64,000 nucleotides of DNA, taken from positions 2,720,001-2,784,000 of the forward strand of contig CBDFLE010000006.1 in NCBI GenBank assembly GCA_965248925.1. Direction: 5' to 3'. The translations under genes and the position numbers were made by a program. Positions 56,294 through 64,000 of this stretch are shown piece after piece (positions within the stretch are counted from its first letter, which is position 1; each line of letters opens with the position of its first letter). The stretch comes from Candidatus Multivoradales bacterium (GTDB lineage Bacteria; Acidobacteriota; Thermoanaerobaculia; Multivoradales; J023). The notes under the pieces are model-generated. The model made no database searches and was not told the origin of the DNA. It saw nothing but the letters and a program-made list of their open reading frames with translations.

Positions 56294-57526
56294 TTATTGT
56301 TGGCCCGAATTCCGCCGCGCTAGCAAAGCATAGACCGCCGCGGTGACCACCAGGGTCGGCAGGGTGGCGCCAAAGGACCAGGCCAGGTGGCCGAGTAGCT
56401 GATAGATCAAGACCCCGGCCAACCAGGCGATCCACGCCGCGGCGCGCCATTGCGGTACGCGGGTTGGATCGTCGATTTTTGGCGCGGTCCAGAAGAAGTG
56501 CACCAGGGCGATGGCGACGATTGGCAACAAGGTAGTGCCGATCCAGCCCATGAAACCAGCATAGCGGTCGAGGATTTGCGGCGACAACAAGCCGAAGGTG
56601 GTGCCGATCGCCCCCACCATCAAGACGGTCGAGCGACCCGGCGCCGCTGGCCACAGGTTCTTGATCGCCAACGAAGATAAATAGAGATTGACGAAGTTGG
56701 TGGTCACGGTCGACAGGGCCATTAGCACCAGTGCGGCCAGGGGTAGGCCGGCGGCGAGCACCATGTCGGTGGGATCGCCGCCGCCACCAAGTTGGCCAGC
56801 GCCAGCTCCGAGCACCATCAACCAAGAGCTGGTCAAGGCCAGACCGAAAAAGGCGGCGCGCGAGGCGGCGCCCTCGCGGCGCTGGAACCGAGTGTAGTCG
56901 GCGAACATCAGGCACCAGCTCACCTGGTAGCCAATCACCAGGTCGAGGCCGCCGAGCAGGGGCGAGTCGCCGCTTGCGGGGCGGCCGAGGGCCTCGCGGC
57001 CAGCGCCGCCGAAGAGGGCCCAGGTCAGCATTACTCCCACCAGCAGCAGCAGCGGCACCGCCACCCGGTCGAAGAGGGCCATGGCTCTGGGGCCGATCAT
57101 CGCCACCAGCACCGCCAAGCCGCCGACGGCCAGATTCCAGGGCCATTCCGGGCCGCCGGTGAGTCGGGCCATGGCGCGGCCGGCGATGACGTTGTTGAGC
57201 GCGATCCAAGCGAAGTTGGTGAGGATCAACAAGCAGGAGATCAGCGCTGCCCCGCGCTGGCCGAAGGGGTGGCGCAAGAGCACCATCGAGGGCAGTCCGT
57301 AGCGCGGCCCAAGGCGTGCCAGGACGGCGATCAGGGCGGTTCCCAAGGCGCCACCGCAGACGATCAAGACCACCGCTTGGGCGAATGAGAAGCTCGGCGC
57401 CAGGGCGCCACCGGTGACCAAGGTGGTGGTAACGATGTTGGCGCCGGCAAAAAGCAGCAGCACGTCGAGGGTCGAAGCGGTGCGGCGGGCAGCGGGCACC
57501 GGCCGTAAGTCGAGACCAGAGTCCAT
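56294..57526 (-). CDS. NCS1/cytosine-permease family transporter (CytX-like)
   Basis: About 12 TM helices; FAGANI, GLPSMVLLR.PFG.RG, SW..MFADYTRF, STVTTNFVNLY. Confidence 0.88.
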   Translation of the reverse strand: MDSGLDLRPVPAARRTASTLDVLLLFAGANIVTTTLVTGGALAPSFSFAQAVVLIVCGGALGTALIAVLARLGPRYGLPSMVLLRHPFGQRGAALISCLLILTNFAWIALNNVIAGRAMARLTGGPEWPWNLAVGGLAVLVAMIGPRAMALFDRVAVPLLLLVGVMLTWALFGGAGREALGRPASGDSPLLGGLDLVIGYQVSWCLMFADYTRFQRREGAASRAAFFGLALTSSWLMVLGAGAGQLGGGGDPTDMVLAAGLPLAALVLMALSTVTTNFVNLYLSSLAIKNLWPAAPGRSTVLMVGAIGTTFGLLSPQILDRYAGFMGWIGTTLLPIVAIALVHFFWTAPKIDDPTRVPQWRAAAWIAWLAGVLIYQLLGHLAWSFGATLPTLVVTAAVYALLARRNSGQQ

Positions 57527-57608
57527 CTGCCTATCCTGAAATCTGGGTTGGTTCGCCGAGGGTTTTCATGCGACGATCCTACCTGCCGCTGCCGCCGCCA
57601 GGCAGCTG

Positions 57609-57971
57609 ATGAACACCATGCCTAAAGATTCCCAGATTCTCAGCGAAATCCGCCGGCTGCACGAAGGTGGCGGCCTACGCCTGACCTGGCAGGACGGCCA
57701 TACGATGGACTTCGAGTCGGGCTATCTGCGCGGCTTTTGTCCTTGTGCCGGTTGTCAGGGGCACTCGCGCGAGGCGATCGAGTACCAGGCGCCGTCGGGG
57801 GCGGTGACGGTGGAGTCGATCGAGCCGATAGGTCACTATGCGGTGTCGTTCACCTTTTCCGACGGCCACGGCACCGGGATCTACCGCTTCGACTTTCTCC
57901 GCGCCATCTGCCCGTGCTCGGCCTGTGTCAGTGCTCGCGGCGGTCTGCACTTGGCGGTGTCGACGGGTTGA
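57609..57971 (+). CDS. DUF971 / gamma-butyrobetaine hydroxylase-like N-terminal domain protein
   Basis: L.WQDGH......YLRGFCPCAGC.GH...IEPIGHYAV...FSDGH.TGIY.FDFLR. Confidence 0.9.
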   Translation: MNTMPKDSQILSEIRRLHEGGGLRLTWQDGHTMDFESGYLRGFCPCAGCQGHSREAIEYQAPSGAVTVESIEPIGHYAVSFTFSDGHGTGIYRFDFLRAICPCSACVSARGGLHLAVSTG

Positions 57972-57996
57972 GGCGGCCTGCTAAGATCTGGCGTTC

Positions 57997-59571
57997 ATGT
58001 CGAATGCATCTAGCTCCGAGGCTCGCGGTGCGAAAACGCCGCGAACCCTGCGTAAAGTTCTGATTGCCAACCGCGGCGAGATTGCCGTCAGGGTACTGCG
58101 CGCGCTGCGCGAGCAGGGGATTCGCGGTGCGGTGATCTACTCTGATGCCGACCGCACCGGGCTGCCGCTGCTGCTCGCCGACGAGGCCTACCGGATCGGC
58201 CCGGCGCCGTCCAACGAAAGCTATCTGCGAGCCGCGGCGATTGTCGACTTGGCGGTCGAGATCGGCGCCGACGCTATCCACCCCGGCTACGGCTTCTTGT
58301 CTGAGAACGCCGACTTTGCCGAACTCTGCGCCGAACGCGGGGTGATCTTCATCGGACCCTCCCCCCACGCCATCCGAGTGATGGGGTCAAAAATTGCCAG
58401 CCGGCGGCGGATGATCGAAGCCGGAGTGCCGGTGGTGCCGGGCGGTAAGGACCCACTGGATAGCCTGGAGGAAGCAGAAGTCGCCGCCGCCGAGATCGGC
58501 TACCCGGTGATGCTCAAGGCTTCCGCCGGCGGTGGCGGCAAGGGCATGCGGCGGGTGATGGAAGCCGGCGAATTGGCCTCGGCCTACCGCGCGGCGCGCT
58601 CTGAAGCGATGGCCTCGTTCGGTGACGACCAGGTGTTTGCTGAGAAGTACATCGTCGAACCGCGGCATATCGAGATCCAGGTGCTTGGCGATAGCCATGG
58701 CAGAGTGGTTTCGCTGGGCGAGCGCGAATGCTCGCTGCAACGCCGCCACCAGAAAGTGATCGAGGAGGCGCCGTCGCCGGTGGTTGATCGTCAGCTGCGC
58801 CAGCGCTTGGGCGAGGCCGCGGTACTCGCCGCCCAAGCAGTGGGCTACACCAACGCCGGCACGGTGGAGTTCTTGCTTGCCCAGGATGGCGAGTTTTACT
58901 TCTTGGAGATGAACACCCGCTTGCAAGTCGAGCATCCGGTGACCGAAGAGGTGACAGGTATCGACTTGGTGCGGGCGCAGCTCGCCATCGCCCGTGGCGA
59001 GGCCCTGGGCGCGGAGTACGACGATCTGGAACCCCGTGGCCACTCGATCGAGGTGCGGCTCTATGCCGAGGATCCGCAACGCGGTTTCGCACCTTCACCG
59101 GGCCGCATCGAGCTGCTGCGCTTGCCAGAGGGTCCCGGAGTGCGTAACGACTGCGGGGTCTACGAGGGCTCCGAGATCTCGATCTACTACGATCCGATGA
59201 TCGGCAAGCTGATCGTTTGGGGCGCCGATCGCGCGCAGGCTATCGCGCGGCTCGAACGGGCTCTCTCGGAGCTGCGAATCGAGGGTATCCGCACCACCCG
59301 CTCGCTCTTTCTCGAAATCCTCGCCGACCAGGACTTCCGCGCTGGTCGGCTCGATATCGCGCTGCTCGACCGCAAGATTGAAGAGGGTGTTTGGGCATCC
59401 TCGCTGCCAGACGAAGGTAGCGAGCGCGACCTGCCGATCGTCGCCGCGGCAATCGCCCATTTCGAACGCCAACAAACCGTCACTTCGCAGCCCCCGTCGA
59501 GCACTGGCCGCCGTCCCGGTTGGCGTGGCGCGGCGCGGCGGGAGGCACTCCGGAGGCCGATATGGAGCTGA
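57997..59571 (+). CDS. accC: Biotin carboxylase subunit (acetyl/propionyl-CoA carboxylase)
   Basis: KVLIANRGEIAVR, IHPGYGFLSENA, KASAGGGGKGMR, ERECSLQRRHQK, FLEMNTRLQVEHPVTE, YYDPMIGKLI. Substrate (acc versus pcc) cannot be resolved. Confidence 0.93.
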   Translation: MSNASSSEARGAKTPRTLRKVLIANRGEIAVRVLRALREQGIRGAVIYSDADRTGLPLLLADEAYRIGPAPSNESYLRAAAIVDLAVEIGADAIHPGYGFLSENADFAELCAERGVIFIGPSPHAIRVMGSKIASRRRMIEAGVPVVPGGKDPLDSLEEAEVAAAEIGYPVMLKASAGGGGKGMRRVMEAGELASAYRAARSEAMASFGDDQVFAEKYIVEPRHIEIQVLGDSHGRVVSLGERECSLQRRHQKVIEEAPSPVVDRQLRQRLGEAAVLAAQAVGYTNAGTVEFLLAQDGEFYFLEMNTRLQVEHPVTEEVTGIDLVRAQLAIARGEALGAEYDDLEPRGHSIEVRLYAEDPQRGFAPSPGRIELLRLPEGPGVRNDCGVYEGSEISIYYDPMIGKLIVWGADRAQAIARLERALSELRIEGIRTTRSLFLEILADQDFRAGRLDIALLDRKIEEGVWASSLPDEGSERDLPIVAAAIAHFERQQTVTSQPPSSTGRRPGWRGAARREALRRPIWS

Positions 59572-60065
59572 TCGCTCGCCACGGTTCTCGCCAAGAGCAG
59601 GTGCGGATCGAGCGCACCGCCGCCGGCTATCGAGTCGAAGTCGGCGATCAGGTCTACGACCTCGATGCCACCATCGCTCGCGGTGAGTTGCGCAGTCTGC
59701 TCCACCAGGGCCAGCACTACGAGGTCGCGGTCCATGCCACCGGCGCCGGCAAGTACTGGGTTTCGAACCACGGTGCCGGCAGCCAGGTAGAGCTGATGGA
59801 CCCCCTCACCCATCTCGCCCTTGCTAGCTCCGCGGCGGCCGGCGGCGGCGGCGGCCAAGTGGTCGAAGCCTACATGCCGGGCCGGGTGGTCAAAGTACTG
59901 GTCGAGGAAGGTCAAGAAGTCCAAGCCGGCGAGGGCTTGGTGGTGCTTGAGGCGATGAAGATGGAAAACGAGATCCAAGCCGAAAGCGCCGGCAAGGTCA
60001 CCAAGATATTGGTGGCGGAAGGCCAAACCGTCGAAGGCGGAGATCCGATGATCGAGCTAGCGTAG
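59562..60065 (+). CDS. Biotin carboxyl carrier protein
   Basis: MPGRVVKVLV..G..V..G.GLVVLEAMKMENEI biotinylation motif; SD GGAGG before ATG 59562. Confidence 0.93.
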   Translation: MELIARHGSRQEQVRIERTAAGYRVEVGDQVYDLDATIARGELRSLLHQGQHYEVAVHATGAGKYWVSNHGAGSQVELMDPLTHLALASSAAAGGGGGQVVEAYMPGRVVKVLVEEGQEVQAGEGLVVLEAMKMENEIQAESAGKVTKILVAEGQTVEGGDPMIELA

Positions 60066-60073
60066 TCGAGGCA

Positions 60074-60862
60074 CTAGCTCACTGCCCACGGCAGGAGGCC
60101 CCAGGGCCAGCGCTCGACCTGCTCCCCCACCCACGCCGCGATCTGCTCGTCGAGCTGCTTCGCCGAACTCGCCTCTTTGACTTCGATACGGTAGCTCGCC
60201 GGGCTCAGGCGAAGGGCCTGAATAGCCCGCAGCGGGGCCTCGGCAGTAGCCGCTAGCAGCACGAGTTCTTCACCGAGCGACGAGCCGCCATCGGCATTCG
60301 CTGTGGCCTCGACCAGCCAGGCGATGTCGTTGCCTCGGGCTAATTGGTAGTTGGCCTCGCGCAGCAGTTGGCGGGAGACTACCGGGCCACAGAGGAGTAA
60401 CCCGCCGCGGTACAGCATCAGGGCGCGGCAGGCCATACCCCAACCGGCCAAGCGGGGCACGGCAACGACCGTTCCTGGACCGCCATCGCCAGCGGCCGAG
60501 GGTAGCTTCTCCCAATCCGCTAGCTGCCACTTGCGGCACAGCGCGATGGGCGAGACTCGCCCAGCCACCCAAGCCTCGGCGTCGGCGATCGAGTGCGCGC
60601 GGTAGCTGCGACAGGCTAAATGGCGAGCGCCGTCGGTGGGACCACTCTCCGGCCCCCCAGCCATGAAGCCAGCGCTGCGGGCGATCGCGGTATCGAGAAT
60701 CTTGTCGGGCATGAAGCTCGCCCGCAGGGCGCCGAGGTGCCCGGCCAGCCTCGGTGGCAAGGTGTCGAGCAGGCGCCGCCAGACACCGCTGAAGCCCAGC
60801 GCCTGGCGCAGCACGGCCTCGCTCTCAGGGGGCCAAGGGGAGGACTGAGTCTGAGGATTCAA
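60074..60862 (-). CDS. Hypothetical protein
   Basis: TTG 60862 overlaps the lpxK stop (TTGA); fills the gap to BCCP; no family recognised. Confidence 0.55.
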   Translation of the reverse strand: MNPQTQSSPWPPESEAVLRQALGFSGVWRRLLDTLPPRLAGHLGALRASFMPDKILDTAIARSAGFMAGGPESGPTDGARHLACRSYRAHSIADAEAWVAGRVSPIALCRKWQLADWEKLPSAAGDGGPGTVVAVPRLAGWGMACRALMLYRGGLLLCGPVVSRQLLREANYQLARGNDIAWLVEATANADGGSSLGEELVLLAATAEAPLRAIQALRLSPASYRIEVKEASSAKQLDEQIAAWVGEQVERWPWGLLPWAVS

Positions 60863-61914
60863 CTTGGGTCTCCGAGGCGGGCCTCGATGGCCGCCAAACG
60901 CTGGTCGAGCCAGTCGAAGAAGGCGCTCTCGGGCTCGGCCACGAGCGCCAACTCGGCGACCGGCAGGTCGAGCTTGCCGGCCAGCTTGACGCGGTCTTTG
61001 CTGGTTAGCACGACAACCTTGGCACCGCATTGACGGAAGGTTTGGCGGATCTTTTCTCGGCTGGCCGACGGATAGGGATGGTGATCCGGAAAGCGGAGTG
61101 TTCCGGCCAGGGTGAATCCGGCGCTGAGCAGTGCTTTCTCGAAGCTCTGTGGGCGGGAGATACCACAGACCGCGAGCACCTTCTCCCCCAGGGGTAGGAC
61201 GCTACCGTCGAGATAGGTCGCTGGCCCGACCACCGTGCGGCTGGCGAATCCAAGTCCGCTGAAGCCATGGGGGCGGAGCGCTGCCGCCAACCGGTCGCCA
61301 TCGCTCGCATTCTTGCTGTCGGTGAGCAACACGGCGGCAGCGTGCCGACTGCTGGCCAGCGGCTCGCGCAGCCGACCCGTCGGCGGCAAGCGGCCTCCAG
61401 CGAAGGGGTCGGCGGCGGGGAATACCAGCAGATCCAGATCGCGGGCCAGCCGTAGGTGGGAGAAACCGTCGTCGAGCAAGAACACATCGGGCGGTGGTTC
61501 AAGCAACTCTAGCGCCGCCCGACCGGCGACCCAACGTTGCGGGTGAACCACCACCGCCACTCCGGGCAATTGGCTGGCCAACAAAACCGGCTCGTCGCCA
61601 GCGGTGGTGGCTTCGAGTAGCGATCCCTGGCCACGGCTGACCAGCCGCACCCCGCCGCCGCGGCTGCGATAACCCCGCGAAAGCACCGCCACCCGCCGCC
61701 CCGAATCGCGTAGGTGGGCGGCCACCGCGGCGGTAAGCGGTGTCTTGCCCCCGCCACCCCAACACAAGTTGCCGATCGACAAGGTTGGCCGTGGCAGCTG
61801 CTCGGCTCGGCTCGTCCAATAGTGCCGGCGCCAGCGGTGGCCGGCAGCATAGAAGAGCTGCCAGGGGGAGCGGGGCACGATAGGCGCCACCAGCGGGTTT
61901 GGCTCGGCCGTCAT
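60859..61914 (-). CDS. lpxK: Tetraacyldisaccharide 4'-kinase
   Basis: SIGNL.WGGGGKTP, VLSRGY, GDEP.LLA, LLDDGFSH..L.RD, LPP.GRLREP, FPDHH, TSKD.VK. Confidence 0.95.
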   Translation of the reverse strand: MTAEPNPLVAPIVPRSPWQLFYAAGHRWRRHYWTSRAEQLPRPTLSIGNLCWGGGGKTPLTAAVAAHLRDSGRRVAVLSRGYRSRGGGVRLVSRGQGSLLEATTAGDEPVLLASQLPGVAVVVHPQRWVAGRAALELLEPPPDVFLLDDGFSHLRLARDLDLLVFPAADPFAGGRLPPTGRLREPLASSRHAAAVLLTDSKNASDGDRLAAALRPHGFSGLGFASRTVVGPATYLDGSVLPLGEKVLAVCGISRPQSFEKALLSAGFTLAGTLRFPDHHPYPSASREKIRQTFRQCGAKVVVLTSKDRVKLAGKLDLPVAELALVAEPESAFFDWLDQRLAAIEARLGDPS

Positions 61915-63209
61915 CGGCGCTCCAGGCGGCTTACTGTGGCGAGCAGTGGAGCGATGGCTTGCAGACTGCTCTGCAAGGCGCCCCGGTTGGCTGCGATCAG
62001 CGCCGCCGCCCGCTGACCGACTTCGGCGGCACTGGCGGGATCAGCGAGCCACTCGGTCCAGGTGGCGGCGAGGGAATCGACGTCGGAGGCTCGCCGCCAA
62101 GCTCCTGCTCGGTCGTAGAGCTCGGCGATCTGGCGAAAATTGAACATCGATGACCCAACCACTGTCGGCACCGCGAACCGAGCTGCTTCGAGCGGGTTGT
62201 GGCCGCCGGTCGGCACCAACGTACCGCCGATAAAGCAGGCTGTGGCCAGCCGGTAGAGCGCGGCGAGCTCGCCCAGGCTGTCGAGCACCAAGACATCCAC
62301 CGTGCCGCTGACCGCTGGTGCCTCGAAATCGATCTCGCTACGCCGCTGGCAAGTCAGGCCGCGCTCCTCGACCCAGCGCACCGCCGAGTCCCAGCGTTCG
62401 GGATGGCGAGGCACCAGGATCAGCAACGCCTTCGAACCGCCGCCGAGGCCGGCAAAGGCGTCGAGTACCAAGGCATCTTCGCCCTGCATGGTGGAGCCGG
62501 CGAGCAAAATGGGTCGGCCGTCGGCAAGTTGCTGGACGGCGCCTTCCAAGGCCGGCAGAGGTGCTGGCATCTCGGTCTCGAACTTTAGATTGCCGCAAAC
62601 CGCCAAGCGCTCCGTGGCGACTCCCAACTCCGCCAACCGCTGGCGATCTTCATCGGTTTGCAAGGCGAACTGGCCGACACCGTCGAAGAACAGCCCGAGC
62701 AGCCAGCGCACCCGCCGCAGGCGACCGAAGCTGCGCAGCGAGACCCGGCCATTGACCACCGCCACCGCCAGACCGCGCTGCCTGGCGTGGTGCAGCACCA
62801 GAGGCCAGTAGTCGCCCTCGATCAAGAGCAGGGCGGCGGGCTCGAAGTGGCGGTAGAAACGGCCGACGGCGAAACCGAGATCAAACGGCAGATAGGTCAC
62901 CACGGCGCGGCCGGCAAAGGGCGAACGCGGGCCAAAGGCGGCCCGGGCACGTTCCTGGCCGGTCGGGGTGACGGTGGTGATCAACAATGGCAGATCGTCC
63001 GGCAAGGCTCTCGCCAAGGTGGCGGCGACCCCTACCTCGCCTACCGAGACGGCGTGGATCCACAGCGCGCCGCGGGCCCCCGCCGGTGGCTGTCGTCGGC
63101 CCAGCCGGCCGGCCAAGGTTGCCAGGTAGTGGCCGCTGCGCCGCAGGAGCAGAAACGGGGCCGCTAACAACAAGCCGCCAGCCATCGCCAGCTGGTAGAG
63201 AATCCACAT
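61911..63209 (-). CDS. waaA: 3-deoxy-D-manno-octulosonic acid transferase
   Basis: WIHAVSVGE, TTVTPTG, YLPFD, VNGRVS..S, GNLKF, AGST..GE, LVPRHPER, DSLGEL, GGHNPLE. Confidence 0.96.
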   Translation of the reverse strand: MWILYQLAMAGGLLLAAPFLLLRRSGHYLATLAGRLGRRQPPAGARGALWIHAVSVGEVGVAATLARALPDDLPLLITTVTPTGQERARAAFGPRSPFAGRAVVTYLPFDLGFAVGRFYRHFEPAALLLIEGDYWPLVLHHARQRGLAVAVVNGRVSLRSFGRLRRVRWLLGLFFDGVGQFALQTDEDRQRLAELGVATERLAVCGNLKFETEMPAPLPALEGAVQQLADGRPILLAGSTMQGEDALVLDAFAGLGGGSKALLILVPRHPERWDSAVRWVEERGLTCQRRSEIDFEAPAVSGTVDVLVLDSLGELAALYRLATACFIGGTLVPTGGHNPLEAARFAVPTVVGSSMFNFRQIAELYDRAGAWRRASDVDSLAATWTEWLADPASAAEVGQRAAALIAANRGALQSSLQAIAPLLATVSRLERR

Positions 63210-63468
63210 TGGGTGAGGAGTATAATCGGAGGTCAGGCTGGTCGGTGGGAGGCCGAAAGACCCCGCCGCTACGAGCCAGAGAAGCCTTGGACACTCTGCC
63301 CGAATACGCCGTATATATCAGGTGAAGAGGGGACGGCGCGACCCCTGAGCGGTGAAGAGCACTGCGATCCGTGACCCGGAGGCGCCGAAGCCGGTGAATG
63401 AAGACGATACATCAGCTGACCAGCAAACCGGCGAGCCACCGCCACCGAGAGCGGAATCGGGAGCAGAA

Positions 63469-64000
63469 ATGTCCACTCAACCTCAACTAGCCAACGACAG
63501 CGGCCCGCGCCTGGCCTACTCCGCTGCTCAGCTCAGCGCCGATCTGCACCAGGCCACGGACCGGGAGTTGCTCGCCGCGCTGCGTCTGGACGATGAAGCA
63601 GCGCTCGACGAGATCATCCATCGCAAGACCCGGCCGCTGCTGCAAATGGTCTACCGCATGGTCGGCGATCGCGAGGAAGCCCGCGACATCGTCCAGGTGA
63701 CCCTTTTTCGGGTGTGGGAGAACCGCACCAAATTCGATCAGCGTTGGAGTCCCAACACCTGGATCTACCGCATTGCCTCCAACCTGGCGATCGATCACAT
63801 CCGTTCACGGCGCAGTCGCGAGCGTTCGGCCGAGCCTGTGCGGTTGCACCTAACTGGCATCGCGCAATCTTCTTTTCGGCACGAGAAGGCCCGCCTCGAC
63901 GAGCGCGAGGTGTTGGACATCTTTCACCAGCTTGCGGCTGGCTTGACCGCTAAGCAGCGCCTGGTTTTCTTGTTGCGTGAGGTCGAGCAAATGACCTCGA
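63469..64000 (+). CDS. ECF sigma-70 factor, partial (runs off the right edge)
   Basis: Hand translation from ATG 63469: ...DRELLAALRLDDEAALDEII...YRMVGDREEARDIVQVTLFRVWE...NTWIYRIASNLAIDHIR...LTAKQRLVFLLREVEQMTS (regions 2 and 4). Confidence 0.9.
   Translation, partial: MSTQPQLANDSGPRLAYSAAQLSADLHQATDRELLAALRLDDEAALDEIIHRKTRPLLQMVYRMVGDREEARDIVQVTLFRVWENRTKFDQRWSPNTWIYRIASNLAIDHIRSRRSRERSAEPVRLHLTGIAQSSFRHEKARLDEREVLDIFHQLAAGLTAKQRLVFLLREVEQMTS

Overview
GC-rich bacterial chromosome segment. The gene content suggests Acidobacteriota, probably Thermoanaerobaculia-like; this is inferred from the acidobacterial-type VWA proteins, an Oar-like TonB-dependent receptor and the CRTAC1/TPR expansions. 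(1) About 1-33.8 kb is a large cell-envelope locus. It holds a TonB-dependent receptor, two VWA proteins plus related ORFs, four CRTAC1/ASPIC-UnbV FG-GAP proteins (three directly coupled to paralogous exported TPR proteins), a cyclase-family hydrolase, a CSLREA beta-helix protein, an orphan contractile-tail tube gene, an amber-interrupted GT-C/TPR gene and two HExxH proteins. (2) About 33.9-40.4 kb is housekeeping: pckA, pdxA, Hfq-like, RicT/PSP1, purD, mtnA. (3) About 40.5-46.9 kb is an accessory islet abutting the 3' end of tmRNA. It carries an AraC-HTH/TPR regulator, an unannotated small secreted Cys-peptide gene, a lipoprotein, an exported protein, a duplicated operator-like element and two catalytically degenerate PCD/DCoH-fold ORFs. 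This is the best candidate for an undescribed system, possibly peptide signalling. (4) About 47-64 kb holds ssrA, dusB, a Schlafen/AlbA_2 protein, a methyltransferase-bshC-bshB1 operon (likely N-methyl-bacillithiol), yidD, a CAT-like protein, an NCS1 permease, biotin carboxylase and BCCP, lpxK, waaA and a partial ECF sigma factor. No CRISPR array, integrase, transposase, rRNA or tRNA was seen. All protein calls come from motif recognition by eye, not database searches.
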